The notes beneath the pieces were generated by a model. It searched no databases, had not been told where the DNA came from, and saw nothing but the letters and a program-made list of their open reading frames with translations. A stretch of 64,000 bases of DNA from Octopus sinensis (lineage: Eukaryota), in contig NC_042998.1 in the NCBI RefSeq assembly GCF_006345805.1, positions 93,000,001 through 93,064,000 of the forward strand, in the 5' to 3' direction. Shown piece after piece: positions 1 to 9,393 of this stretch; positions within the stretch are counted from its first letter, which is position 1, and each line of letters opens with the position of its first letter. The position numbers and the translations under genes were made by a program.

Positions 1-214
1 GGAAAGTAAATAAGTAACAAAAGTTATCTACATAATTATACTGCTTCTCATTGAGACTAATTTACATATTCTTTAATAATGTGAAAAGACCAAATGCCAT
101 AATTATAAAAAATATGGAGGTTAAGTAGCTTGAGTTTTGTAGATATCTGAAGTTCTAAGCTGCTCATATGTTAGTATAAGTCATTTAGGGTTAGCTATTA
201 TTACTTTCAAATTA

Positions 215-412
215 TAGCACAAGTTCAACAACTTTTAGGGAGAGAGTAAGTTGATAACATTGGCCCCAATGCTCAACTGTTACCTATTATATCGATCTCG
301 AAAGGGTGAAAGGCAAAGTTGACTTTGGTGGAATTTGAGCTCAGAACATAAAGACAAACAAAATATTGCTTAGTATTTTGCCTGGTATGCTAACAATTCT
401 GCCAGCTCACCG
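215..412 (-). mobile_element. tRNA-derived SINE, family C (head and central domain)
   Basis: Reverse strand reads cggtgagctggcagaattgttagcat...ttctgagctcaaattccaccaaagtcaactttgcctttcacc, with A-box and B-box-like motifs. Homologous copies occur at ~26915-27095 and ~43290-43430. Confidence 0.7.
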
Positions 413-564
413 ATTTAAAGGTTAACTATTATTAATTGACATTTTAAAATACTGTCCACTTGACAGAGCTTTTAGAGTAGCTTATTATCTCCAGGTATTC
501 CAGTTTTGATGGCTTTGTTTTAGTGGGGTTTTTTTCCCTCTGCTTTGATACAAGCATGGCTATA

Positions 565-720
565 GATGCAGGCATAGCAATGTAGTTAAGTAATTTACTT
601 GCCAACCACGTGGTTTTGGGTTCAATCCGACTGTGTAGGATCTTGGGCAAATGTCTTCAGCTATAGTCTCCAGACTGACCAAAACCTTATAAGTGGATTT
701 TGTAGATGGAGACTGTAAAA
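565..720 (+). mobile_element. tRNA-derived SINE, family A (octopus OK/OR-type), 5' part
   Basis: Degenerate match to the complete copy at 22718-23112 (ggttcaatcc B-box, ttgggcaaatgtcttc, gtggattttgtagatgg). It runs into a (GTAT)n/(TA)n tract. Confidence 0.7.
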
Positions 721-796
721 ACATGCACACCTGCAAGCATATGAGCATGTATGTATGTATGTATGTATGTATGTATGTATGTATGTATATATGTAT

Positions 797-847
<51 letters not shown>

Positions 848-896
848 GTGTATGTGTGTGTGTGTGTGTGTATTAACCAAATTTTATAGCATTAAG

Positions 897-1581
897 TATT
901 CCTCATGGCTGGTCTTACCAATCGGTTTTGTGCAAAAATACAATTGAATGTTAGGTAACAATCCAATTATACAATTACACTCATCAGAGGTAGCCAATAT
1001 GGAAGGGAATATGGTGATTGCTGTATATTGTCAGAGGCGGATAAGCATAACTGGTCAGCAGCTGCTGCAAAAAATGTGGTTTCTGCCAAAACCCTGTGAT
1101 TGGATTTGGTAGACAGAAACTGAAAGAAGGCCACTGTACATACATACACACACACACACACACACATATGTTCGTGTGTGTGTCCCAACACCATTTGACA
1201 ATAGGTGTTGGTGTCTTTACATCCCCACAATTTAGCAGTTCAGCAAAAGAGACCAATAGAATAAGTACCCGGTTTAAAAAAATATAAAAGTACTGTGGTC
1301 GATTGATTTGACTAAAGTTGTTCATGGTGGTGCTCCAGCCTAGCCACCATCTAATGACTGAAACAAGTAAAAGGATAAAGGAATATTTATATATGAAACC
1401 ACATTTTTTGCAGCGGCTGCTGACCAGTTATGCTTATCCGCCTCTGACAATATACAGCAATCACCATATTCCCTTCCATATTGGCTACCTCTGATGAGTG
1501 TAATTGTATAATTGGATTGTTACCTAACATTCAATTGTATTTTTGCACAAAACCAATTGGTAAGACCAGCCATGAGGAATA
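897..1581. repeat. Near-perfect inverted repeat: 187-bp arms (897-1083, 1395-1581) around a 311-bp SINE-derived spacer
   Basis: The reverse complement of 1395-1581 equals 897-1083 except for two C/T differences (aatCgg/aatTgg and gcTgct/gcCgct). Confidence 0.95.
1084..1385 (+). mobile_element. SINE family A, body and 3' tail (decayed)
   Basis: ggatttggtagacagaaactgaaagaagg...gcaaaagagaccaatagaataagtac...ggtggtgctccagc...tgactgaaacaagtaaaagg matches the other family A copies. Confidence 0.8.
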
Positions 1582-1695
1582 TATATATTTATATATTTAT
1601 TTATATATGAATGCATATTACAACATGTGCATGTGTATGTATATGTGTGTGTGTATGTTTGTATCCCTTTGGCTTTATGTTATGTGAGAGTTATG

Positions 1696-2020
1696 TGAAG
1701 GCACATGGCTCAGTGTTTAGAGCATCGGGTTCACAATCATGAGATAGTGAGTTCGATTCCTGGACCAGGTTGTGTTGCATTCTTGAGCAAGACACTTTAT
1801 TTCACATTACTTCAGTTCACTCAGCTGTCGAAATAAATTGCAACATCACTGGTACCAAGCTGTATCAGCCTTTGGATAACACCAGTGGTATGGAAAGGGG
1901 AGGCTGGTATACATGGGCAACTGCTGGTCTTCCATAAACAACCTTGCTCAGACTTGTGCCTTGGAGGGGAACTTTCTAGATGCAATCCCATGGACATTTA
2001 TGACTGAAGGGGGTTTTTAC
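1696..2020 (+). mobile_element. tRNA-derived SINE, family B
   Basis: ggcacatggctcagtgtttagagc...gagttcgattcctgg (A and B boxes), then ttcttgagcaagacactttatttc. Near-collinear with 27504-27840 and 28318-28655. Confidence 0.85.
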
Positions 2021-2629
2021 TTTTTACCCTTTGAGTTGTAAACAAGCAAACCATTATACAAGTGATGTCCTTCATTTTCAAACTTCCATGAAAACATGTA
2101 CTGTCATGGGGAAATATTACCTTGCTGGGGTTCAGGTTGAAGATAAGAAGGGGCACCAAACCATAAGAAATCTGCCTCAATGATTTCCATCCAAGCCCAG
2201 CAAGCAGAGAAATGTGGATGATGATTATGATGTACCTAGGACTGCATTACCTAATGTATTATTCTTGACTTCTTAAATATAGTAGAGTATCAGAAGAGAA
2301 AAGTTTGGGTGTCATTTCTGGTAGACTGAACAACCATGTAGGTGTCTTCCTCATTAGTTGTATCTATTTTGTGTAGCTATTGACAATGTTTGAGTACTTG
2401 GGTTGTAATATTTCAAGGCCTTTTGAGTTAAAATATTACACAACAAAATGTTTCTAAGGTGAAGAATTTCTTTTAGCTTTGGAGCAGTTGGTTTTCCTGT
2501 GCAAATCAATTTAACATTCTGAATAAGTAAACAGTTTTCACAAGCAGTCACGTAACCACTGCAATTTAGAGGAACCAAACTTGACGTTCTTCTCACTTTC
2601 AGATAAGACTGTAAGTTCTTCTGACTGTA

Positions 2630-2980
2630 GATGTACACACACATACACACACACATGTGCACACACACACACACACATACACACAATGACACCTACCCAC
2701 ACTCACTCATACATACACACACACAAACACACAAAAACACACACACACACAAAACAACACACATTTATATATATAAATATACTCACAAATACATACACAC
2801 ATATAGATACTTGCATGTGTGCATGAAGGCATATATATAGATACCTGCATACTCATACACACACACACACACATAAGTGCATGCATACATAGTTGCATAT
2901 ATACACATAAATACATATCTATACATTTACACTTACATACCTGCATGCTTACACATACACATATTTACACACATGCATAC
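2630..2980. repeat. Compound (CA)n/(TA)n microsatellite
   Basis: Imperfect CA/TACA runs; they account for the His/Thr and Val/Cys ORFs in the track. Confidence 0.9.
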
Positions 2981-3259
2981 AAGTTGGTGAACTAATGAGA
3001 AATCTTCAGTTACTACACCTGACCTATAACACTATATATTTTATATCTGTAATTTTGGGGGTACGTGGTTATATAGCAGTTTGAGAAACTGGGAATTACA
3101 AAACCAGGAAGAACATGACTAATAAGAAAATTATTATTACAATTCATTAAAATAAATGGAAACACATGTAAAATATTCCTGAATTAACCTGTAATATGTG
3201 CATGATTACATATAGAGGTACATAAACATTAATGTTCACATACATAAGCTGAAACTTAC

Positions 3260-3368
3260 AGATTTCCACATGCAAAGGAATGCATGCAGCCTTTCTTGAA
3301 TTCGTGACCCCTTTGCATCATGTCACACCCCAAAGGCCATGCCTTTGCAATCCAAAAGCAGGAGATAG
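3260..3368 (-). CDS. Candidate internal coding exon of an unidentified gene (ISCFWIAKAWPLGCDMMQRGHEFKKGCMHSFACGN)
   Basis: ttattttgtag acceptor and gtaagt donor; 109 nt, phase 1 to 2; only one of three frames is open. No homology recognised. Confidence 0.4.
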
Positions 3369-3849
3369 CTACAAAATAATTAATGAACAAACAGAGCAGT
3401 AAAGCCCCTAAACTCCCAAGATGCATCTGCAAATGCCAATTATGTCACTCTTCTGTGGGAGACATAAAATGCAATCAGCAGCGGCAAAAAAATATCATGG
3501 TGGTTACTACTTCCCATTGTGACATGATTTTCTTGCTAAATCTACATACAATGCCAGCTGCAGAAAAGCCTTCCCTGGGTTAAATACAAGCAACATTTCT
3601 GCTGTCAAATACATATCAACAAAAGGAATATTAATAGAATGTTCCTATCAAAACTTCTACCAAGTGCAAGGCCTGATATTGTCATTCGGGATTGAAAAGA
3701 AAAGTTATGTTCAGCGATAGAAGTTAGCAACTCTGCAGATGTGAACATCTGTACCAAAATCAGCAAGAAGGAGAATATTTAAGGACAAATACTTCAAACC
3801 CTGCAGCTCTCCAATCCTGATGATAAATTCTCATTTATCATAATAATCA

Positions 3850-4100
3850 TTGGTGCAAAAAATCTTGTTTCAAGCATCTCAGTGTCAAGGTTTGTGCTCT
3901 GCCAGCAGATATGCCAAATGCTGCAGTGATTCTCATGTAGAAATAGTTGAGATGCCTTTTATTAAGTGTTCACAACTCACAAGTATAAAGAAGTTTTGAG
4001 AGAGAACAACTGCACAGTAGACCTTCAACTTATAGATAAGAGTAATTCCTTTACAGATACCGTTTATTAGTATATGTTTTATGAGCCACAATGCCTTAAA
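3850..4100 (-). pseudogene. Old RTE-clade LINE remnant (post-RT region)
   Basis: Minus frames give KLKVYCAVVLSQ and HCSIWHICWQSTNLDTEMLE, resembling RTE motifs TKLKVYRAVVL and CLRKILNIxWQDKIxDTEVL. Confidence 0.5.
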
Positions 4101-4699
4101 TATACATACAATAAAATCAAAAGCATGACTTAACAATGTATCATACATAGGATGAGACAGCACATAATTATACAAAAAAAAAACAAGTGAATTAATAGCA
4201 TTATATAATGAATGTATTAAAAATTGACATAAAAATGGTTAAAATGTGCAATAATTAAAACAAGATATGAATGTAAACAATAATGAAAAAAGTAAACATT
4301 TAAAGTTACCTACCTATACATGGGTTAATATGCATCAGCTAGGTTGGCCCAGAGTCCCTCACAATACTGGTATCCCACAACATTGGTACCCCCACAATAC
4401 TGGTCTTCCAGAAAGCTTCAAAATTGCTATAATTCAAAGGTACCTGTGAATATCTTTGGTGTTCATCTAGAAAAACAATCCCTCATCCTATACAAAATTG
4501 TACAGAAGTTCATAAACTGGTTGTTAGTTTACAGTTGTATAAACTGTTATACTGGTTGTGTAGCAGGCTATCATTTGGTTGGTTCATAAAATTGGGGTAC
4601 AACTCTTCCTCAATCAAAGCATTGCTATTCCCTTTACCTTCCCCCAGTTTACTGATGCTTTCAGCTTCTTATACTTTTTGCTTACCTTGTCTTGGAGTG

Positions 4700-5200
4700 T
4701 TTTGTGTCTTTATTCTTTAGGTACTCCTTCTCTATGTACCCTTCCTACTGTGTTCAACAGTCTTCCACTCCGCCTTGCTTTCCATCTCTTCCTTACCATA
4801 AGATGATGTAATAGCACTACTGGTTATGATTGGGGAAGGTATCCTTTGGTTTTTCTGGAACTAAGAATGGGGCAATGCTCCTTGATGCGTCAGGTACTGC
4901 ATCCTGTTGTTCTCTGGGAATGGTCACCGTGGCAACATACATTTCTTATTTTGTTTTAACTTTACCAGCTCTTTGGGGAAGAAAAATCTAAATGACTTGA
5001 CTGTTGCATGTTTTATGGTCTGTCTTGTGGAAGTCATGATAATTTGTGTGTCTGTAGAAATTTCCCTCAACCATATATCATCAAAAATCATATCAATATT
5101 GACCACAAGCTCATATTGTGCTAAGAATATAACTGTGAGCCAGAGGTCAGTGCCTCACTGATGACTTTTGTGGCAACTTATATGTTCTTTCATTTCTGTG
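4700..5200 (-). pseudogene. Possible non-LTR retrotransposon ORF1 remnant
   Basis: Broken frames DLWLTVIFLAQYELVVNI..DDIW, YVATVTIPREQQDAVPD and EEMESKAEWKTVEHSRKG loosely resemble the ORF1-like remnant at 5725-6260. Confidence 0.3.
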
Positions 5201-5724
5201 GGATTTATCTGCAGGCAGATGTCAGACATCTCTATATGTATAAAACTGAGAATGTGTGTCTGTCTGCCTGTCTGTGTGTAGAAATGGAATAGTCCAGATG
5301 GAGCTGTGCACATACCTTTTACCACAGCTTTTACATTAAATTATCTGCTAATTAGCTAGCATTAAGTATCTATATGAAGTTTGGCTGTATGTAATGTCTG
5401 TTTTCTTGAACAGCTGCTTCCACTGAGTACTGCTGTTGGTTTATTTCTTATACATAAAGGACTATAGCTTCAACTGCATACTGCTTTTTGATTCACCATG
5501 AGGTTTGTTGTTATTATTATTACTGTTTAACTATTGTTATCACGTTTGTTGGTTCCTCGAAAGGGAAACGTGTTGTATTTGTTAAATAATTGTAAACTGT
5601 AACCCTCCCCCTTTGGGAAAAGGAGCTTTGGTTATTGTTTAAAAATTGAATTGTGTCCCTGTTTGGGGACACAATTCAATTTTGACAATATTTTCACCGT
5701 TTATACGGAAGCATTTTTGTTAAA

Positions 5725-6260
5725 ATGCCTTCGATAGAAGAAAGTCCCAAAATAAATTTCGCTGCAGCCATCGGCAGGTGCAAACTCATTAAAATTAAAA
5801 TGGAAGAAATAAAAACCTATTTTGGATTGATCACCGACAAAGACGGTAAATCTAGGATAACACCACCAAACGAAATAAAAAATTAAATTACAGAAAAGAC
5901 TATTGTCTATAAAGTATACAATGTAGAGAAAAAAAAAGATCTGAACACCTGGAGGAAAGCAGCATTGAAAAGTGTCTTGGTGCGACTATGAAAGATATCA
6001 AGTATCTAACCAGAGGCGGTAAATTCGCCACAATAGAAGCAAAGTTCGAGTCAATGGAGCGTGCAAGGGAGTACTCGACTCGAACCTTGCAAAGTGGAAA
6101 TATTTTATTTTTACCTCTATATCTGGGACATAGGACGTTCCAGATAAAAATTAAAAATGTCCCCCCCCAGAAGAAGAGGTTGGCTGGATTGTAGCCGCAC
6201 TTCTATACAAGAGGGAGGACAAGATACAATTGATCAAAATTGCAAGAGACGGGCCTACAA
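5725..6260 (+). pseudogene. Disrupted ORF1 (gag-like) of an L1/Tx1-like non-LTR retrotransposon, 5' end only
   Basis: The ATG at 5725 starts MPSIEESPKINFAAAIG... With a stop and frameshifts it continues KDIKYLTRGGKFATIEAKFES...FLPLYLGHRTFQIKIKNVPP..GWIVAALL. CpG-rich relative to flanks, with a structured leader upstream. Confidence 0.45.
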
Positions 6261-6503
6261 TTCCAGTCTGTTATATATTTTGAGTATTGTTATCACTAGC
6301 GATATCAAGATATAACTTTGTATTTTGTATTTTATGTGTAGATGTATATATATAGATGTACATGTAATATGTACACATATATACATGCACTAGCACTATG
6401 ACCCGGTAATGACAAATCATAATGCTAGTACTAAATAAGATTATCTCTTTTTCCTATTATCACTTTTAAAAACATTACATATTTTGCCGTACCCCTTCCT
6501 TAC

Positions 6504-6597
6504 TTGATGTACATCAGGTTCCATGAATTTGGTTGCCCAAATTGTTCTTCATAGGGTATACAGAAATTTGAGCAATCAACTACCTTTTCTCTCAAAC
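6504..6597 (-). CDS. Candidate internal coding exon (LREKVVDCSNFCIPYEEQFGQPNSWNLMYI)
   Basis: atcatgcag acceptor and gtaagg donor; 94 nt, phase 1 to 2; open frame. No homology recognised. Confidence 0.35.
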
Positions 6598-7299
6598 CTG
6601 CATGATAATTTCAGGTAAAATGCACCTGTTTTTGTTATATAAAGCTACTGAGCAGTTTGTTTCTTTTTTTTTTTAGATATTCCGTGTTTGTAGCTAATCT
6701 CTCAGAAGTTATTTTTTTAAAAGACAAAATCTGATCCTTTACCCAAATTTCCGTTTTGTTCAATTGACAAAGTATATATATACATGCACACACACACACA
6801 CGTGTGTGTGTGTGTTGTTTGTTATTTGCCTTTTTGCATCAAATATTTAAGTCAATGTTATTACAGTTATCTGCCTTATCTGCCACAGCTCTCTATTTTC
6901 TGTGTATCTGTTTGTTCAGTGTTGTTAGCCTTCTTATTTGTTATCTTTTTTAAAAAAATAGATTTCTGCTAATGTTTTTGTTTTTGTTTTTGTTTTTTCT
7001 TTTTGCAAATGTTTGGCTGGGTGGCAAATTTGTTTATATCGTCACTACCATTACTGTGATCAGCATCACTTCCTACTACCCCACATTGAAGCATTACTAA
7101 GTGAAAAAAGCTTTAAGAAGTGTTCCAATATGGCTTTTTTTGCTTAAACATGGTAGAAAAGGAAAGGAAAACAAGCTTCTCACAATTCTTTGTAATAATT
7201 TTGCAGAATGTGACACATAAATAAGAATCCAATCTTTGAAAAAATTGACACGATATAATCCATAAACAGAAGAACAAAATCATCTTATCAAAAAAAAGA

Positions 7300-7517
7300 A
7301 ACAACAACAATAACATGACAGTAATAATAATAACAATAATAATAGCAATAATAATAATAATAACAGCATCAATAATAACAATAGCACTAATAATAATAAT
7401 AATGATAATAATAATAATAATAATCTTTTTCTTTATAATAATAAGAACAATAATAATAACAACAACAACAACAACAACAATAATAATAATAATCCTTTTT
7501 ACTTCATAATAATAATA

Positions 7518-7562
<45 letters not shown>

Positions 7563-7567
7563 TAATA
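7300..7567. repeat. (AAT)n/(AAC)n microsatellite
   Basis: Long imperfect AAT run. Confidence 0.95.
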
Positions 7568-8100
7568 AATGCCCTGATGCAATACCAGGCATTGGTTCTC
7601 ATGGCTTCACATCTTAACTGATTGGAAGTGTTATCGTGTACATTGTTTTGTTTTCGTATAAAAGATGGGCTACAGTAAATATACTGCTCAATACCATGGA
7701 TTTGCTTCTCAGTTGTTTGACCATAACCAGTTGAGCATGTCCCTTAATGGCTGGCAATATGTGCATCTTTGATCATGAGCAGAAATAGTTGGGGAGCATC
7801 ATAGCCATGCATTGAGAGGAATTCTTTAGGGTGAAGATAATTCACCTTTGGAAGCATGGGTATTTCGTTCAGGGATCTTTTGAGTGGGATGGGCTACTTG
7901 ACCTGAAGAAAACTCTAACTGGGCCCCACCTGCAAGGTCAAGCACTGTTTATCTTGATATGTGATCACCATGTTGCGCACATGTGGTTGTGATGCATGTG
8001 CCTGGTGTACCCTTATCAGATGGGTAGTCATGATTGGTGTACTGAGTTTTGTATATTTTGCCCCAGTGTCACTTCAATGGCATGCAGTGGTCGCTCACTC
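7568..8100 (+). mobile_element. Non-coding ~530-bp interspersed element inserted in (AAT)n
   Basis: Higher-GC block with sharp AAT boundaries on both sides (taataaatgccctg... and ...cgctcactcaataat) and no RT or transposase motif. Orientation is inferred. Confidence 0.55.
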
Positions 8101-8116
8101 AATAATAACAATAATG

Positions 8117-8170
<54 letters not shown>
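8101..8170. repeat. (AAT)n microsatellite, 5' flank of the Dong element
   Basis: Near-perfect AAT run. Confidence 0.95.
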
Positions 8171-8171
<1 letters not shown>

Positions 8172-8397
8172 GGAGAACACCAGGGAAGGTTTAAGATGTA
8201 AGAAGGAAAATACAGAGCTCTGAAATCTATCCACAAACATCGAAAACAAGGACATCCTATGGAGCCAAAGATTTACTAACAAAGAATTGGACTGTATCCG
8301 AGTAAGTAATACTAATTGAAATTTATTACTATTTTCGAAACGAAATGATGTATTTTGACTCGATATTATCTCCACCTCTAACACAACACATGTAAAC

Positions 8398-9393
8398 ATG
8401 CGTGGAACATCACGATCATCCCCGACCCCAAACACCATTTACAAAGGAACTACGAAGAAATTAAATGCCACCGATACTATTCAACCCAAGAATAACAATC
8501 GAGCGGTACGTACATTAAACTTACAACAAAAAATGTACGAAAAACTACATGTGCGAAATAATGTGACAACAGAAATAAACGGACCGGTACCCTACGAAAA
8601 TGACGACCGTCGAAATAATGGGCCGGACGTTGTACCTCATGTCCCGCAAATAAAACCCAAAAGACATAAATGGACACGTGAGGAATACATTTCTATCTTA
8701 CACGCATACTTCACAGCAATGCTCTACCCAAAAAATGAAAATACAACAACACATACATATAAAATATGGAAGGAAAATAATAGAGATATAGACTTGGATA
8801 CAGCAATGAACCCTAATAAATTAACTAACGTACGAAGATACATTCTCAACACAAAAAAAATATCAGAAATAGAAATAGAACATCTAAAAGAAAACATACA
8901 CCAGGAAAATGTAGATAGAAGCCACACAACAATGCCCAATAATATAAACACTGAAACTGTAAAACACGAAGACAAACGCAACATTCCCAACAAACACGAT
9001 GTAAACAACGAAGGGGAGCCTAATGATTATGATAATATAAAAAATAAAATAATCAAAGAACTGAAAACCACAGACCCCAAAATGGACCACCGACCATACC
9101 TCCCAAGAATAAAAATAAACGAAATAACAACACCAATTATAAACAGCATAAACCTAGCCATCACTGAACTAGCCACTGAAACAAAAAAAAGTGATATCAC
9201 TGAACTAAATGACTTGATATACGCAGCAGCCACTGCAGCCACAAAAGAAGCTGGATACTCACCCAAACCCGCCCAAACAGGAGTACCACCACCCAAACAA
9301 ACCCTGTGGATAAATAACATCCAAAACAAAATAAAAAAATTAGAAAAGACCTGTCGATTCTTAATGAAATCAGCAAACAATCAACGCTACTGA
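8398..9393 (+). CDS. N-terminal part of the Dong-1 ORF (before the frameshift at ~9333-9339)
   Basis: 331-aa ORF. It joins the RT frame if the A7 run at 9333-9339 has one more A (NKIKKIRKDLSILNE). Confidence 0.8.
   Translation: MRGTSRSSPTPNTIYKGTTKKLNATDTIQPKNNNRAVRTLNLQQKMYEKLHVRNNVTTEINGPVPYENDDRRNNGPDVVPHVPQIKPKRHKWTREEYISILHAYFTAMLYPKNENTTTHTYKIWKENNRDIDLDTAMNPNKLTNVRRYILNTKKISEIEIEHLKENIHQENVDRSHTTMPNNINTETVKHEDKRNIPNKHDVNNEGEPNDYDNIKNKIIKELKTTDPKMDHRPYLPRIKINEITTPIINSINLAITELATETKKSDITELNDLIYAAATAATKEAGYSPKPAQTGVPPPKQTLWINNIQNKIKKLEKTCRFLMKSANNQRY

Noticed and set aside
3982-4096. Minus-strand exon-like frame ALWLIKHILINGICKGITLIYKLKVYCAVVLSQNFFIL with a gtgagt donor
   Set aside because: Better explained as an RTE LINE remnant (KLKVYxAVVLS motif, with adjacent RTE-like sequence downstream).
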